Shown here piece after piece: positions 12,101 to 23,600 of a DNA stretch of 64,000 nt (its first letter is position 1; every line of letters starts with the position of its first letter). The position numbers and the translations under genes are program-made. This stretch comes from Klebsormidium nitens. Lineage: Eukaryota; Plantae; Klebsormidiophyceae. The notes under the pieces are model-generated. The model was not told where the DNA came from, searched no databases, and worked only from the letters and a program-made list of their open reading frames with translations. Location of the stretch: positions 69,486 to 133,485 of the forward strand of contig DF237184.1 in the NCBI GenBank assembly GCA_000708835.1, read 5' to 3'.

Positions 12101-13467
12101 GCAGAATTTTACTGCATCGTATAGAAGAATGTCTCCTTACGTCATCTTATCCCGCAGCTGAACCTACCGCTCGACAAGCTTGCGAGCATGTTTCGCTTGC
12201 CCAACAGAACCACATCCGCTCTTCCACTTGCTCGGACACCAAAAGCAGCTCGTTACGTCATCGTACTCCAGCCTTTTCTCACGTTCTTTTTTTCTTATTT
12301 GCAGCTGATCCTGCCGCTCGACAAGATTGCGAATGTGGAGACGCTGCCCAATCCGCAGCGCCCCAAGGATCAGTACGTCAAAATCTCAACCACCGACAAT
12401 CACGAGGTAAGGCGGCTCTCTTTTCGAAGTACACACGCTTTCTCTCCTAACTAAAACTGCACCCTTCTTATTCTCGGCGGAGGCTGCTTCTTGAAAAGCC
12501 GACTATAAGAATCACGAAATACACCTTGATTCTTTCTTTGGACGAGTCTCAGTGAAGCGTGCAGTGTTCATTATTCAGCAAGATCAAAGATCTGTTTGCA
12601 ACCACTGGCCGCTGACAGACAACCTCAATTTCCGCTTCCATCAATACGGGAGTTGCAGATCAACGCCCGCATATTTTGTATCCTTGCCTGTCTTTATTTG
12701 CCACGTTGGCAGCTCTCGCCATTCATCGCTGTTGTGTTCCGATGCCCTTGTCGTGTGGCCTCCTCCGACAAAGTTTTTTGTTGCGGGTGTCGCAAGACAA
12801 AGCAGAATTTGAACTTGTGGACGCACTAGGTTTGGGATTTCCGAAAAGCGTTTGGGATTGAGTAGGCTGGAAATATTTGATACTTAATGTCGAAAAGGTT
12901 TCTTTTTTGGGCTTATGAATTGCTCATTCGTGAAAGGTGTAACATTTTGGATTAGGCAGATGCTTCTTCCTCCCATTCTTTTGCCGGAGGGAAATACACC
13001 CGGCGGTGCTACCCTTTACTGAGATCAATAAAGTGCGGCTCGAATCAATGTCCGGCTAATGCATCTCTACCTGTGCATTTTGTCAGCGTCCTTCGGGGAC
13101 TGTCAAAACGACATTGACGGTCTACTCTTGCTCTTCCCACCGACTTAAAGGTCGGGGGCGTCTCGTAAAATGCGTAAATGATAGTGGCCGAAGCTACAAA
13201 AAGCTGCACAATCGTTGCGAGTTTTAAGGGTCTGCCCTTCCTCACGTCCGGCCCCCTTTTCTAGAAGCCCAACCATTCTGCTCCGTTCCGTTGCAGTTCT
13301 GGTTCCTGGCGTTCTTCGACCTGACCAGGGCGGTGGAGGCAGTCCAGGTGGCGGTCACATCGGCACGCAGCCGGCAATACACGTCGGGGTCGTCGGGCAT
13401 GCCTAGCACGGGGACAACCGCGACCGGAGTTCCCGCGAGCAGCGTTCCGCCGACAAGCCACGTGTAA
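9169..13467 (+). CDS. GEM-like GRAM-domain protein (about 312 aa)
   Basis: Exons 9169-9469, 9879-9959, 10612-10755, 11304-11443, 12305-12406, 13297-13467 with consistent phases. Motifs: TVWGKLESGAKQLMKGGQEPFWRDIF, HFSTERGPVAGNLFLSSENAAFCSDRAL, AYYKLILPLDKI, QYVKISTTDNHEFWFLAF. Confidence 0.88.
11856..12304 (+). repeat. Three degenerate tandem copies of the GEM exon-5 acceptor plus exon start, inside intron 4
   Basis: AG at 11876-77, 12013-14 and 12156-57 versus the true AG at 12303-04 (spacing 137/143/147 bp). Examples: GCAG|CTGAATGTGCCGCTCGACAAGACTGCGAA and GCAG|CTGAACCTACCGCTCGACAAGCTTGCGAG versus GCAG|CTGATCCTGCCGCTCGACAAGATTGCGAA. Confidence 0.85.
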
Positions 13468-15113
13468 CGATGACAATTTTGGTATCTGCTTCCTTCATCG
13501 TCAAACCTGTATATTACGCATGTGCTGAAGAGCTTGTCGGAGGGGTGGCCTTACGAAGTGGTCGTGGAGAGCTGCTTCGAAGCTCAAGGGGCCACTGGCT
13601 AGCCCCTGAGGGCAAGTTACATAGGGCGAATTACATAGACACATGCACTTTCTTAGTACGCCCTACTGGAGCGTATTCCCATGCATAATCATTTTGACAA
13701 AGGTCATCGTGTAATACAACATCTGGTGTCAGTTGCCATGGGCATCCGGCCCTATGCCAACTTGGGCAGCACGACGTGATTTTCGAAGTTAAGACGGTCA
13801 GGGCCAATTGTACGAGAATGTACTGGCTTTACCAGATTATTGAAACTGCAAGCTCGGTGTCCTAGCTCTGGCGTCGAGGACTCCATGCCGTCTACTATCC
13901 ATTGAGACATCGTGCAAATAATAGTGCCAGCGCATATGATGCAATATTGCAATGCGATTTGTAAATGGCATGCATGTAGATGTTGACATGTCAACTAGCC
14001 TGCCGGCAGCTTGTACATGCTACTCAACGATTTTATAGAATCCATGTTGCGCGATAATTCGACCGATCGACCACTACATATATAGGTTATTGGCGGGATA
14101 TCAGTGAGGCACTCCGGCGTACCATGAGCATGTATCATTGCATGCATATATGCAATCTTTAGTATACGGACAACTCATTCAAACTCGAGTCCCCGCATGT
14201 GCGTCGACGAGCTATAGGTTACTGACTGCAACTTCCCATTTATCAACGCCCTTAGCCTCATGCAGCCAATGATTGAGCTGGCACGATCTCTGGCCGAACC
14301 GGAATGGGTGTTTTTAATTGACTCTACGTAGCCGTGCTTGCCGCATGCTAAGTTCGGCTGTAAGTCATGTTCAGGAAAATGCAAATAACCTTAAAAGTTC
14401 AATGATGCTAACGACTTTTATTAGCTAGCACATGTGCGAGATGCGTGAATTGGATATATGATGAGTCTATGGACGGCCTAAGCTGGCGCTGCCTTATGTA
14501 GAAACCGGAATGATTGCCCTGCCTGAGAATGGCAAGGCCTAAGTGACACATAATTGCAAGTTAAGTGTGTACCGGCATCAGAAGTTCCACCCACAGAACT
14601 ACCGAAGCCTGGCCGTACAGTCAGATTAGTCCAAATTAAGTTACGAGCTACATGAAATGTATAGGTCAGACGTGCACCGTCTGGTTCCCACTACACTTGA
14701 CGACCAAGCAATCAGATTCCAGCTAGACTGCGGTTAACCTGCCATGAAGCCCACAATCTGTAGGCTTCTAAGTCTTTTATGATCGACTCACTACATTAAT
14801 TGTACATGTCTACTAATGACCTGGTCGCCACATCCTGCAATCTACCATGTTACGTTAACAATCAGTTCATTGTGGAAAGTTATGGTGCCAATTAGACAAT
14901 CAAATCTTAATACCAACGACGAGCATATGTTGCCCCGAATCAATGCCCTAAGAGCAAGCAGACGGTGTGCTTGTATCAAACCTTGCATGTACAACGCATT
15001 TTTTCGGACGAAGCATTACGTATGTTTAAAGAAAGAAAGGGCTTCCCAAATGCTTCGTCTTCTTTCGACGAACCATTCCCATGTTTTCCCAAACGCTTCC
15101 GATCTTCCGATGC

Positions 15114-18100
15114 TTATCTGCTGCACAACGGATGGAAATCCAGGCCTCTCCCCCGGCGCATTTGTTCGTAAGACCGCAGGCCGCCGAACACGGCCGTCGT
15201 ACCCGTTCCAGCAGCAACTAGAACGGTGAGAATTATCACAATGATCGAGCTTCTGCCCGACTTCCGTACGAATCGCCCGACGACTGTGACTCCAATCGTG
15301 GAGGCAACAAACGCAATCGGCGCAAACACCAGGGCGTAGCTGTGGTTCAGCAGGTTGTGGAAGGAGAGCGACAGCGCAATCGCGGAGCTGCTGAAGAGGA
15401 TCATCAGGACCGCGGTTGAGACAGTGACCTGGAAGTACGAAAAAATGACAAGGACTTTCCGTTGCTAGATTGGGTTTCTACTCAAACAGAGCTTGAAGGC
15501 CGGATATGCGTTCGGGGTTGCAGTTGCGGTTTCGAACGATTGCTAACAGAATCGAGATCGAAAAGCGGGTCCCTTCAACGGCCGTGCCAACGACCAGAGG
15601 CATGATGAAGAGAGACTCCGCCTCCGGGAACTCACTGGAAGTGCCAACAGCTAAAAGCCAGATCTTCTTGCACTACCACGCTGAAACTTTAACCGAGTGA
15701 AAAGATTGAGGCTGACACCTGTCCATGCCGCAAGGGCGTCTCGCCACCGATTGACACAACGTGCTCCCGGATCAAGACAGGCGAAACTACGCAACACACC
15801 AGCACGCAATATCAAAAATTACCGTTGAGGGGACGGTCGTGGGAGGGTGAACTGGGGACTAGTTCTGCACTTTCACATGACCTCAAAGAAACGGCTGTCA
15901 TGCTCTTCGCTGACCGGAATGGCCCGAGGATCGCCCGAAGCTTCCACCGGCCGATCCAAAGCTCGCTTTGGCCACGTCATGGGGCAGTAAGTACCGGCCG
16001 TCCCCGAGTTCACGCTCAAGCTAACACAACGCACGGAGCTCAGGTAGCTTCTCACCGAGCAACGGATTCCAGGATCAGAGCCGGGATGGGACGAAGCTCA
16101 CCTGCGAATGCACCCGTAGATGCAAGAGCGCCAGGTTAACATAAAAGGGAGGGATTCCGGTCGCTCCGAGCGGAACGGGTGGAATGGACTCACCTGCGGA
16201 TGCACCCCCAGGTGCAGGAGCCACGGGTTGAAGAAGATGGCGCCACCCACTCCGAGAAGGCCCGCACCCACGCCCGCGGTCGCAATCACGCCCGCCACTT
16301 GCGCAAGGACAGTAAAAGGTCGCCGGATGCCTGCAATAAAAGACGGAATAATCGGCTACCGGTTAAGGAAACCCTTTCTATCACCTCAGAGTACATCACG
16401 AGCTGCTCGATATCGCTTGGCGCGCTGCGACGAAAACTTGAATCGATCTGATGGACATTGAGCCCAGTGAACGAGATGAAAAGACCGTGAGAGGGGCGCA
16501 TACCGGTAACCAGGGCTTTACGACGGGTGCGGGTACATAGCGTAGATATCTGGGTTAGATCTCGTGTAGTCGAGCTCAGCGTTCGCTGAGCTTATTGTTC
16601 ATCAAATCGAGAGATATGTGACAAGGTGAGATATATATTACAAACCAAGATATATCTGACAAGTCGAGATATATGTTTCCAAAGCCTCACCTCCGCTGAG
16701 GCTCCCGTGCGATAAAATAACCCGCATCTCGGGGTCCAGGTCCTCGTCGTTCCGTCGCGCTTTCCGCACTTGGTGCGCAATCTGCCAGCCCCCCACGAGC
16801 AGCAGAACCGCGACTTGGGCCCCCCAAACTGTCATGTATTCCCACGTGCAGCGAGGGTAGGCGCTTTTCTGCGCCTGGCTGACCAGAAACAAAACCCAGA
16901 GGACCAGGAGCGCCGCAAACTTCCGGAAGGGGATGCGCTGCGCGAGCGTCTTGGTGCCACGTGGCACGTTTTCCAAAACGGGGGTCACGTGGCACTCCAC
17001 GATTGGTCTCCCATTGGTCAATGTTTTGACGGAGTCGTTGCGTTCTAGAGTTATGTCGTCCCCTGCGGTCGTGACGGTGACGACATCTGGAGGGTCTAGC
17101 AAGGGTTGCCGCAAACCGTCGGCGGTCAGTGCGGACTCGGCCGAATCTGTGACGGTGCGCTTGAGCGTTGCTTGCTCCAGGTCCCATTGCTGACGAGCCT
17201 TTCTGGCGGTGCTCCGGATGACAAATATGAGGACGAATACCAAAACGGCGGTTTGTAGCCATTCCGGGATGAGGATGTTGAATAACACGCCTGCGCGAGT
17301 CGAAGGAAGCGGCTGTCAGCCTAGACCGTCCAGACTCAAGCATCATCGTGGCTGCGTAAACCAGCTTTGTTTAGTCTGGACCGTCAATGAAAGGGCTATC
17401 GATCCGGGCGTCCGAGCAGGAAAATTGACGACGTTTTGCACAAAGATTTTCGCACGTTTCAAAATCTGGAAAATTGAACACCCCAGGACGAAGACAACAT
17501 GTCTGAGCTGGCTGAGAAGAGGTACGACTTTCTTACTGGCCTATCTAGACTAGAGAACCAAGACTTCTAAGAAACAGGCTGTGCTGTCGGAATTCCAATT
17601 GACTCGCATTCTTAGACCACAGCCAGGTTGACTCGCTGAAGGAGACTTCACTTTCATATTGACCATCTTAATCTGAATACGCGGAGCTTACTGCGTCAAA
17701 TCAACACTCGATCACTTTAGGTAGAGACCTACAAACCGGCCAGTCTGGACCCTTTTAAGTCCAGAACACGCCCTCACTCCGGGTCGTTCGTTTGGAAGCC
17801 AGGTCGTTACTCGAGATAGAGCTTCTCAACAGATACTGCTAACGGAGAAAAATGATGGCATGTCATCTAAACGGATGTTGATTGCGGCCAATACCCGGCC
17901 TCAATCAGGAAGCTTCGCACCATTATGCCGATGAACCATTCCGTCCAACGGATGCACCGTCAACGATAAGCGGCACGAAAAGCCGCGCGGCGATCTGAGT
18001 GTATAGCAACGACTTTCCAAACTACTTAAAGAGCCGGAGCATCAAAATAAGCGCAAGAAGACACTCTTGGTATTGAGAAGTCGTGACACCGTCGGAATTG

Positions 18101-19739
18101 ACAAAGATCCCACAAAATGGTTGACAGGAGAATGGGTCTTCCGGAAGCCTCACCAAAGTTAACCCCCAACAATAGTGCTGGTAGGAACGTGAGTGCAAGG
18201 TCGAAGTCGAGCAGCGTCCGGTCGCAATCTCTGGGGCTCTTTTTGTGCAGTCCATAAAACGTGCTGGCCAAAGCGCCACTCGACACGATGGTGAGCGACA
18301 GTGCTGAGGCCATCTTGAGATTGAAGCCGAGAAGGACATCTATACGATCGGAGGGAAGGGCTGGTTCGGAAGAGGGAAGAAGAATATGGTCTGTATCAAA
18401 GGCACAAGATTGCTTCGCATAAGATCATGCGTAATGGTCCATTTCATATCCATTTTTTTGCAGATGGATAAATGTACAGTTTGGAAAATGCTGTCTACAT
18501 CCTAGGATGCAAATTGCTGGTTCCTGATTTGACAACGAAGCAATGCAGCGGAAAAAGGGTGCCAGGGGTAAGGGCCTCGCGAAGATCTTACTGAAAACAG
18601 GAATGTAGAAAGGACCTCCTCCAACCCCGGCGGCATTTGCCAGAAGTCCGCACTGTTCAAAGGAGAAGAGAATGCGTTTATAAAGTCGTACGCTACATAC
18701 TTCAGTGGCTTTGCAGGGACGTTGGGTTCAACCACAAGCACCAGCGATGCACTTTCTTCATGTTTATGTCGTTTTGAAACCAGGCATGGGACCTTTTAGC
18801 GAGCAGGTATTGTGCCCCTTCGAGTGAAGGTTCGCAAACACTCGAAGAAGATCATGTGCCACCTACTCCAGCCACTTCAAGAGAGAAACAAGTGGCACAT
18901 CTCTTACCCCAAAAGTCAGAACCAAAGCGATCCCTGTCCGGATGTTGAGCTCAAACCGGGCGTCGACAGGGGTGTCAGGAGGGAGCGAGTTTGCAACACT
19001 GCTGAGCTGTTCCCACCTGCAATCAGATCAGGTACCTTGGCTGATCAGCCCCATCAGGTTAATATACTGGCAAGCGGATTCAGCAATTGTTGGAGGGATG
19101 AGTCATCTTTGGCCTGAGGTTTCACGTGCGCAATGAAAATGTTTCAAAGATCTTGCACAAAAATGGTGTCTGTCATGCAATCAAGGTGAAGGGCGCTCTT
19201 CTCATTGAATCCCATCATACTGACTACAAACTTTTTTGTTATAGAGTGAATTCCCTTGCCGATTCAGGAACTTCTGTGAGCGAGGTTTGATGGGACAAGG
19301 GGTGGTGCGATCACGAAGAAGTGCCTAAGAAGTCAGTTTACCAAACAAACTCATTCCTGGTTCTATCAGACAAGCAATTGACCCAGACATCCCACATTTC
19401 AAGCCAGTCAGCTTCAGCCCATGCATTTGCCTGGACTAGCATACCCAGCTCTTTATGTACATCCTACGCACAGTTTTGTCCTGGGTTGTCCAGAACTTCC
19501 AGAGCTTGGAGGAAAGCACACAACAGTAAAACTTTAATAAAAGCCGAAAAAAGCAGTTCAAGAGAGTTTCAGGAAGATCAGGTGATTGGAAGGACACATC
19601 CCAGGAGTGGGGCTGTTGCTGGTTTGCTAAGAAAGGAAGCATCCAGCATCTGCACTCACAGTGATTCTCCGCCCAAGCCCCAAACATTGGCTGGAACAGT
19701 GTCAGGCCAAATGCTGCTTCCATTATGGAAAGTTGCCAT
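15114..19739 (-). CDS. Sulfite exporter TauE/SafE family membrane protein (about 495 aa; N-terminus uncertain)
   Basis: Exons 19739-19660, 19016-18908, 18652-18592, 18339-18154, 17290-16691, 16330-16194, 15428-15114 with consistent phases. Motifs: LANAAGVGGGPFYIPVF, LLDFDLALTFLPALLLGVNFGVLFNILIPEWL, AGLLGVGGAIFFNPWLLHLGVHPQV, STAVLMILFSSS. Confidence 0.85.
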
Positions 19740-20605
19740 TGCGCCCCGCCAATTAGACGCCCATGCGTCACTGGGAAACTTGTAGAAACATCTCACAAAG
19801 TGAGCGCTGCCGAGCAACAAAGAATCTTTTGAACGAAGTTGAGGTAGCTATGTAGACTCAGACTCAGAGCTCTGCTAACTTAGGTCTGAACCATCTGCTT
19901 GAGCTGGGGAGCGAGCTGGACATCATCCTGCAGTGGCATTTGTTTGTTAGCGCTGCTTTCCTGTCAAGGTCTGGGTCATGTCACTACTGACCACACCTTT
20001 TCAACCCCTTGGGCCCTGACCAGCACCTAGCCTTACCGGGGTAGGTACACGGTACACTAAGACATTACGGTATTCCTTTCTTGCATGTGCGATTTCTTGA
20101 CGTGGCAGCTTGACAGCCTTTTGAAAGCCTCAGCAAGTATATCGCACGGCTCAAAAGCGTTCCTGTAAACTGGGTTGATATACTCAAAAACCTAACCGAT
20201 CGGAAGTTGGGGTACCGGCGGCGGTATGCAATCAGGCCCACCTGGTTTCAGGTTCGGGTTTGAAAATTAGGGTTATTGGACCTCGCTCCTTCCTCAACTC
20301 TACGGCCTGCAAATGGGATGTCTCCGCCAGCCTCAGGTCTCATGCCTTCAGCAGAGGACTGGGACTCGGAGGGGCAGAGGCGCACCGCAGAAAGGTTTGC
20401 ACAGCGGCCATGGCGACAACTTTTTGAGTAGACAACACCGAAGATCGTCAAACCCTTGACTAGAGACAACACGCAGACAATCTTGCTCGTTCGCTGCCTT
20501 GAGACGTGAGCGCCGCTAGATTAAAGTGCAAAAGTTGGCATGTGGACCACACCGTCCGGCGCCGCCAAGTTTAATGAGTTGAAAAGCTTGAGGGCATAAG
20601 TAAAG

Positions 20606-23600
20606 ATGCAGGCTTTGGCCTGCTCCACCTCTGGCGCTATCCCCAGCATTGTTGGCATTGCTTCTGGAGGCCTGTCCCTTCCCGATGGCCAGTGTCGGGC
20701 GCATTGGGGCGCGCGCTCCCAAAACTCTGATCGCATGCAGGGCGTTAGGGTTTGGAAGACGTCCCCCGGCAGGGGTGTCGGAGTTCAGTCCCCAGTAAAA
20801 TCCGGAAGCCTGCAAAACAGGGGCTTTGGATTTGAACCTTTTAGGAACGCGCCACCGCAAGTGTTGCGAAAGCAAGGAGCTAGATTCGTGAGGAAATGGA
20901 AGGCTCCCAACGCTTCAAGACTAGATGAAGATCCAGACTGGGAGCGGAAGTCGTCGAACGGTTCCGCCTCATCTAGTTCCAATGGAAGCGTCGCGAAGTC
21001 GGTGGTTCAAGAACCAAAGCCCTTTGTTGCGCGAGATGGGACTCCCAAGCCCGGCATTGTCGTCGTATCATCCCCTGGGGAGAGGCTATCCCCTCAGGAC
21101 AGCGGGTTTGCGTCCCAACTCTCATCAGACACTCGCCCCAAAAGCTCATCTAGGGCGCCAGATTATGAGCAGCCGAGTCAATCAGGAAATGGCACCGGCG
21201 CCAGCTCAGCGGAGCGCTCGAATGGGGTTGGGGAGATTGCGTTTGCAAGCGGGCCGATCAGCGAACAGATCACGGACGCGCCATCTTGTCCGATGCCGAA
21301 TTTTGCGACGACGGCCACGCGGGTCACGCTGCTGCAGCCGGTGCCACTCCTCCCGAGCAGTGCTCAGAAGCCCGGTGTGAATAAGCGCCCGCTGCTAATT
21401 TATGTTCCGGGGATGGACGGCACAGGGCAGGGCATCCGGCCGCAGATTGAGGGGCTGTACACTGACGGGTGAGTGGAACACATTGGTGCTGACTGTAAGG
21501 GCTCAGAAGCATCGCTGATTGAAGCTTTGTCCTGTCCTCAATGATAGACACTTACTTTCGATGATTGAAGTTTGCGTTCTTGCCCGTGTTCCTTCTCTGC
21601 TGTCTCAAGATTCGCCTCCATTTTTCTCGAAGAGCTGTCTCATATTAGAAAAAATCGCCTCATTGAAAGCTTTCATAGAACCGCTGTTACACCAGTCCAG
21701 GCACCCAAAGGCCTGAGCTTTGCCCCGAGTTTGGTAGAAACTTCATCTCAGCGTTCTTTCCACAATATTGCCGCATCGATAATTACAGTATGTGATTAGA
21801 AAGCTTGTTCAACGTCCTACAGGTACGACATCCGATGCGTATACATCCCAAGCAATGATAGGTCCACATGGGGCGAGCTGGTCGACTCCCTTGTCCCACT
21901 CATTGAACAGGCCGCCACGCTTGCGGTTTCCGACTTGACCTCCGCGGCTTCACTGGCCCCCCTTTTGCAGTATGCACATGGGGCGAAAGACAAGGACGTT
22001 GACGAGGTGAGTCCAGGGCCTTTCCACGTTGCGCAATTGGGGGGTATCCTTTCTTGATGCCGTCAGATACTCATCTGGTCCGTTCATGCTTGACTGGTGG
22101 ATGCTGCTTGGTTCTCAAATGCATTCAAGCCCTATTCTACTTTGTTGAAGGTGCTTCAGCTTTCCTGCAATTTTCGAAACGTCTACACTGGAAGTCTTTC
22201 AGTGCAAACAGAGTGGCTGACCATTTCGGGTCTCCCGGCTTTACCTCGGACAAAGTCATTCTGTTCCTGGCACAATCACACGACCTCCCCGCTCTAAAAG
22301 GACTCACCTCGGACCTTTACACCCAAAGTCGACGTCTCCCTTCACAAGCAACTTATGCACTTCCACAAGTCGCTTGCAATCTCGTTTCTTTGCACCCTCT
22401 CAACGAAGGTCGACTGAGCAGAGGAGAATTTGGTGGTGATACTCATCACCTGGTGTGATACAAAGTATTCCCATTTTAAGCATCAATCGCGCGCATTTAC
22501 AGGTTGCTCGAATTTCCTGAAACTTTTCTCCAGCCATAACAAGCCTTTTCAATGCAGGCCCCCCCCCTTCCCACTCGCCACGTCACCCTCCTTGCCGAGT
22601 CCTTTGGCACGTGCCTGGCCCTTCGGGTGGCTGCCCGCGCTCCTTCCCTCATCTCGCGCCTAGTTCTGCTGAACCCGGCCACGAACTTCGATAAGAACAA
22701 CTGGCTCGTCAGCCTGGCGGCTGCGACGGGGCTCTTGGCAGCATTCCCCGGGCCTCTCTATTCTTTCGCTCAGGTATGCTTCCGCTCAGGTATTCCTCTG
22801 CAAAGGACGTGTTTTTGATTCTTCGGAAGGACTTATCTCTTTGCTCCTTGGAAGGACGTCGTTTTTCCACGCGCGCTTGAGTACGTCTGTTCCATAGCTG
22901 CCTTTGCACAAATCGGGATTTTACAAAGTCGCAGAACTTTCGGTCAACCATTCCACTCTGTTATTGAATGGTACGTGAAGAAGTGTCAAGTTGCTTGTAT
23001 CTGCGGCCTACATTGTGATTGATAATCGAGTGACGTCAAGCTCGAAATAAAACCTCGTCACTTTCCTCGCCTCAGGACGTCATGCTGCCACTGCTGGTAA
23101 AGCGCAACCGCGTGTCGGCTGACGCCAACAAGGACTTGCTGTCGCCCATTGATTACGTGCCCGCCGCATGCGCTGCGTGGCGCCTGCATATGCTTAACGA
23201 GGGAACGCCCTCAACGGAGGAGCTCGCGAACTTGAAGCAGCCTGTTATGCTGGTAAGAGATCATGCTGGAGAAAGAAATGCTGTATCTTGAGTACAAGTG
23301 AGTTCTTTTCTGATTTCTTTTGCTGGATCATCTTGGGGGCTCCGTGTCTATTAGTCTCCGGTAGCCTTCAACATCCGAAATGTCCGTTGATTCATTCTGC
23401 GTGCGTGTTCTCAAGCAGTTGACGAGGTGCGGCAATTGTGTCACCGTGAAAGCCCCCATGAACGGAGAGCAACGGCCAATCTGTCGACGGCTGTCAAGCT
23501 GACACGTTTCATGTATGCGGGCAGTTTGCCGGAGCCAAGGACCGTGTTCTGCCGTCGATGAATGAGGCGGCGCGTCTCCAGACCCAGCTTCCGAATGCGT

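Noticed and set aside
13700-14800. CATG/TGCA-rich intergenic tract, similar in texture to 5270-5520, 35790-35930 and 39440-40750
   Set aside because: It looks repeat-derived, but I found no termini, TSD or alignable copies in the window.
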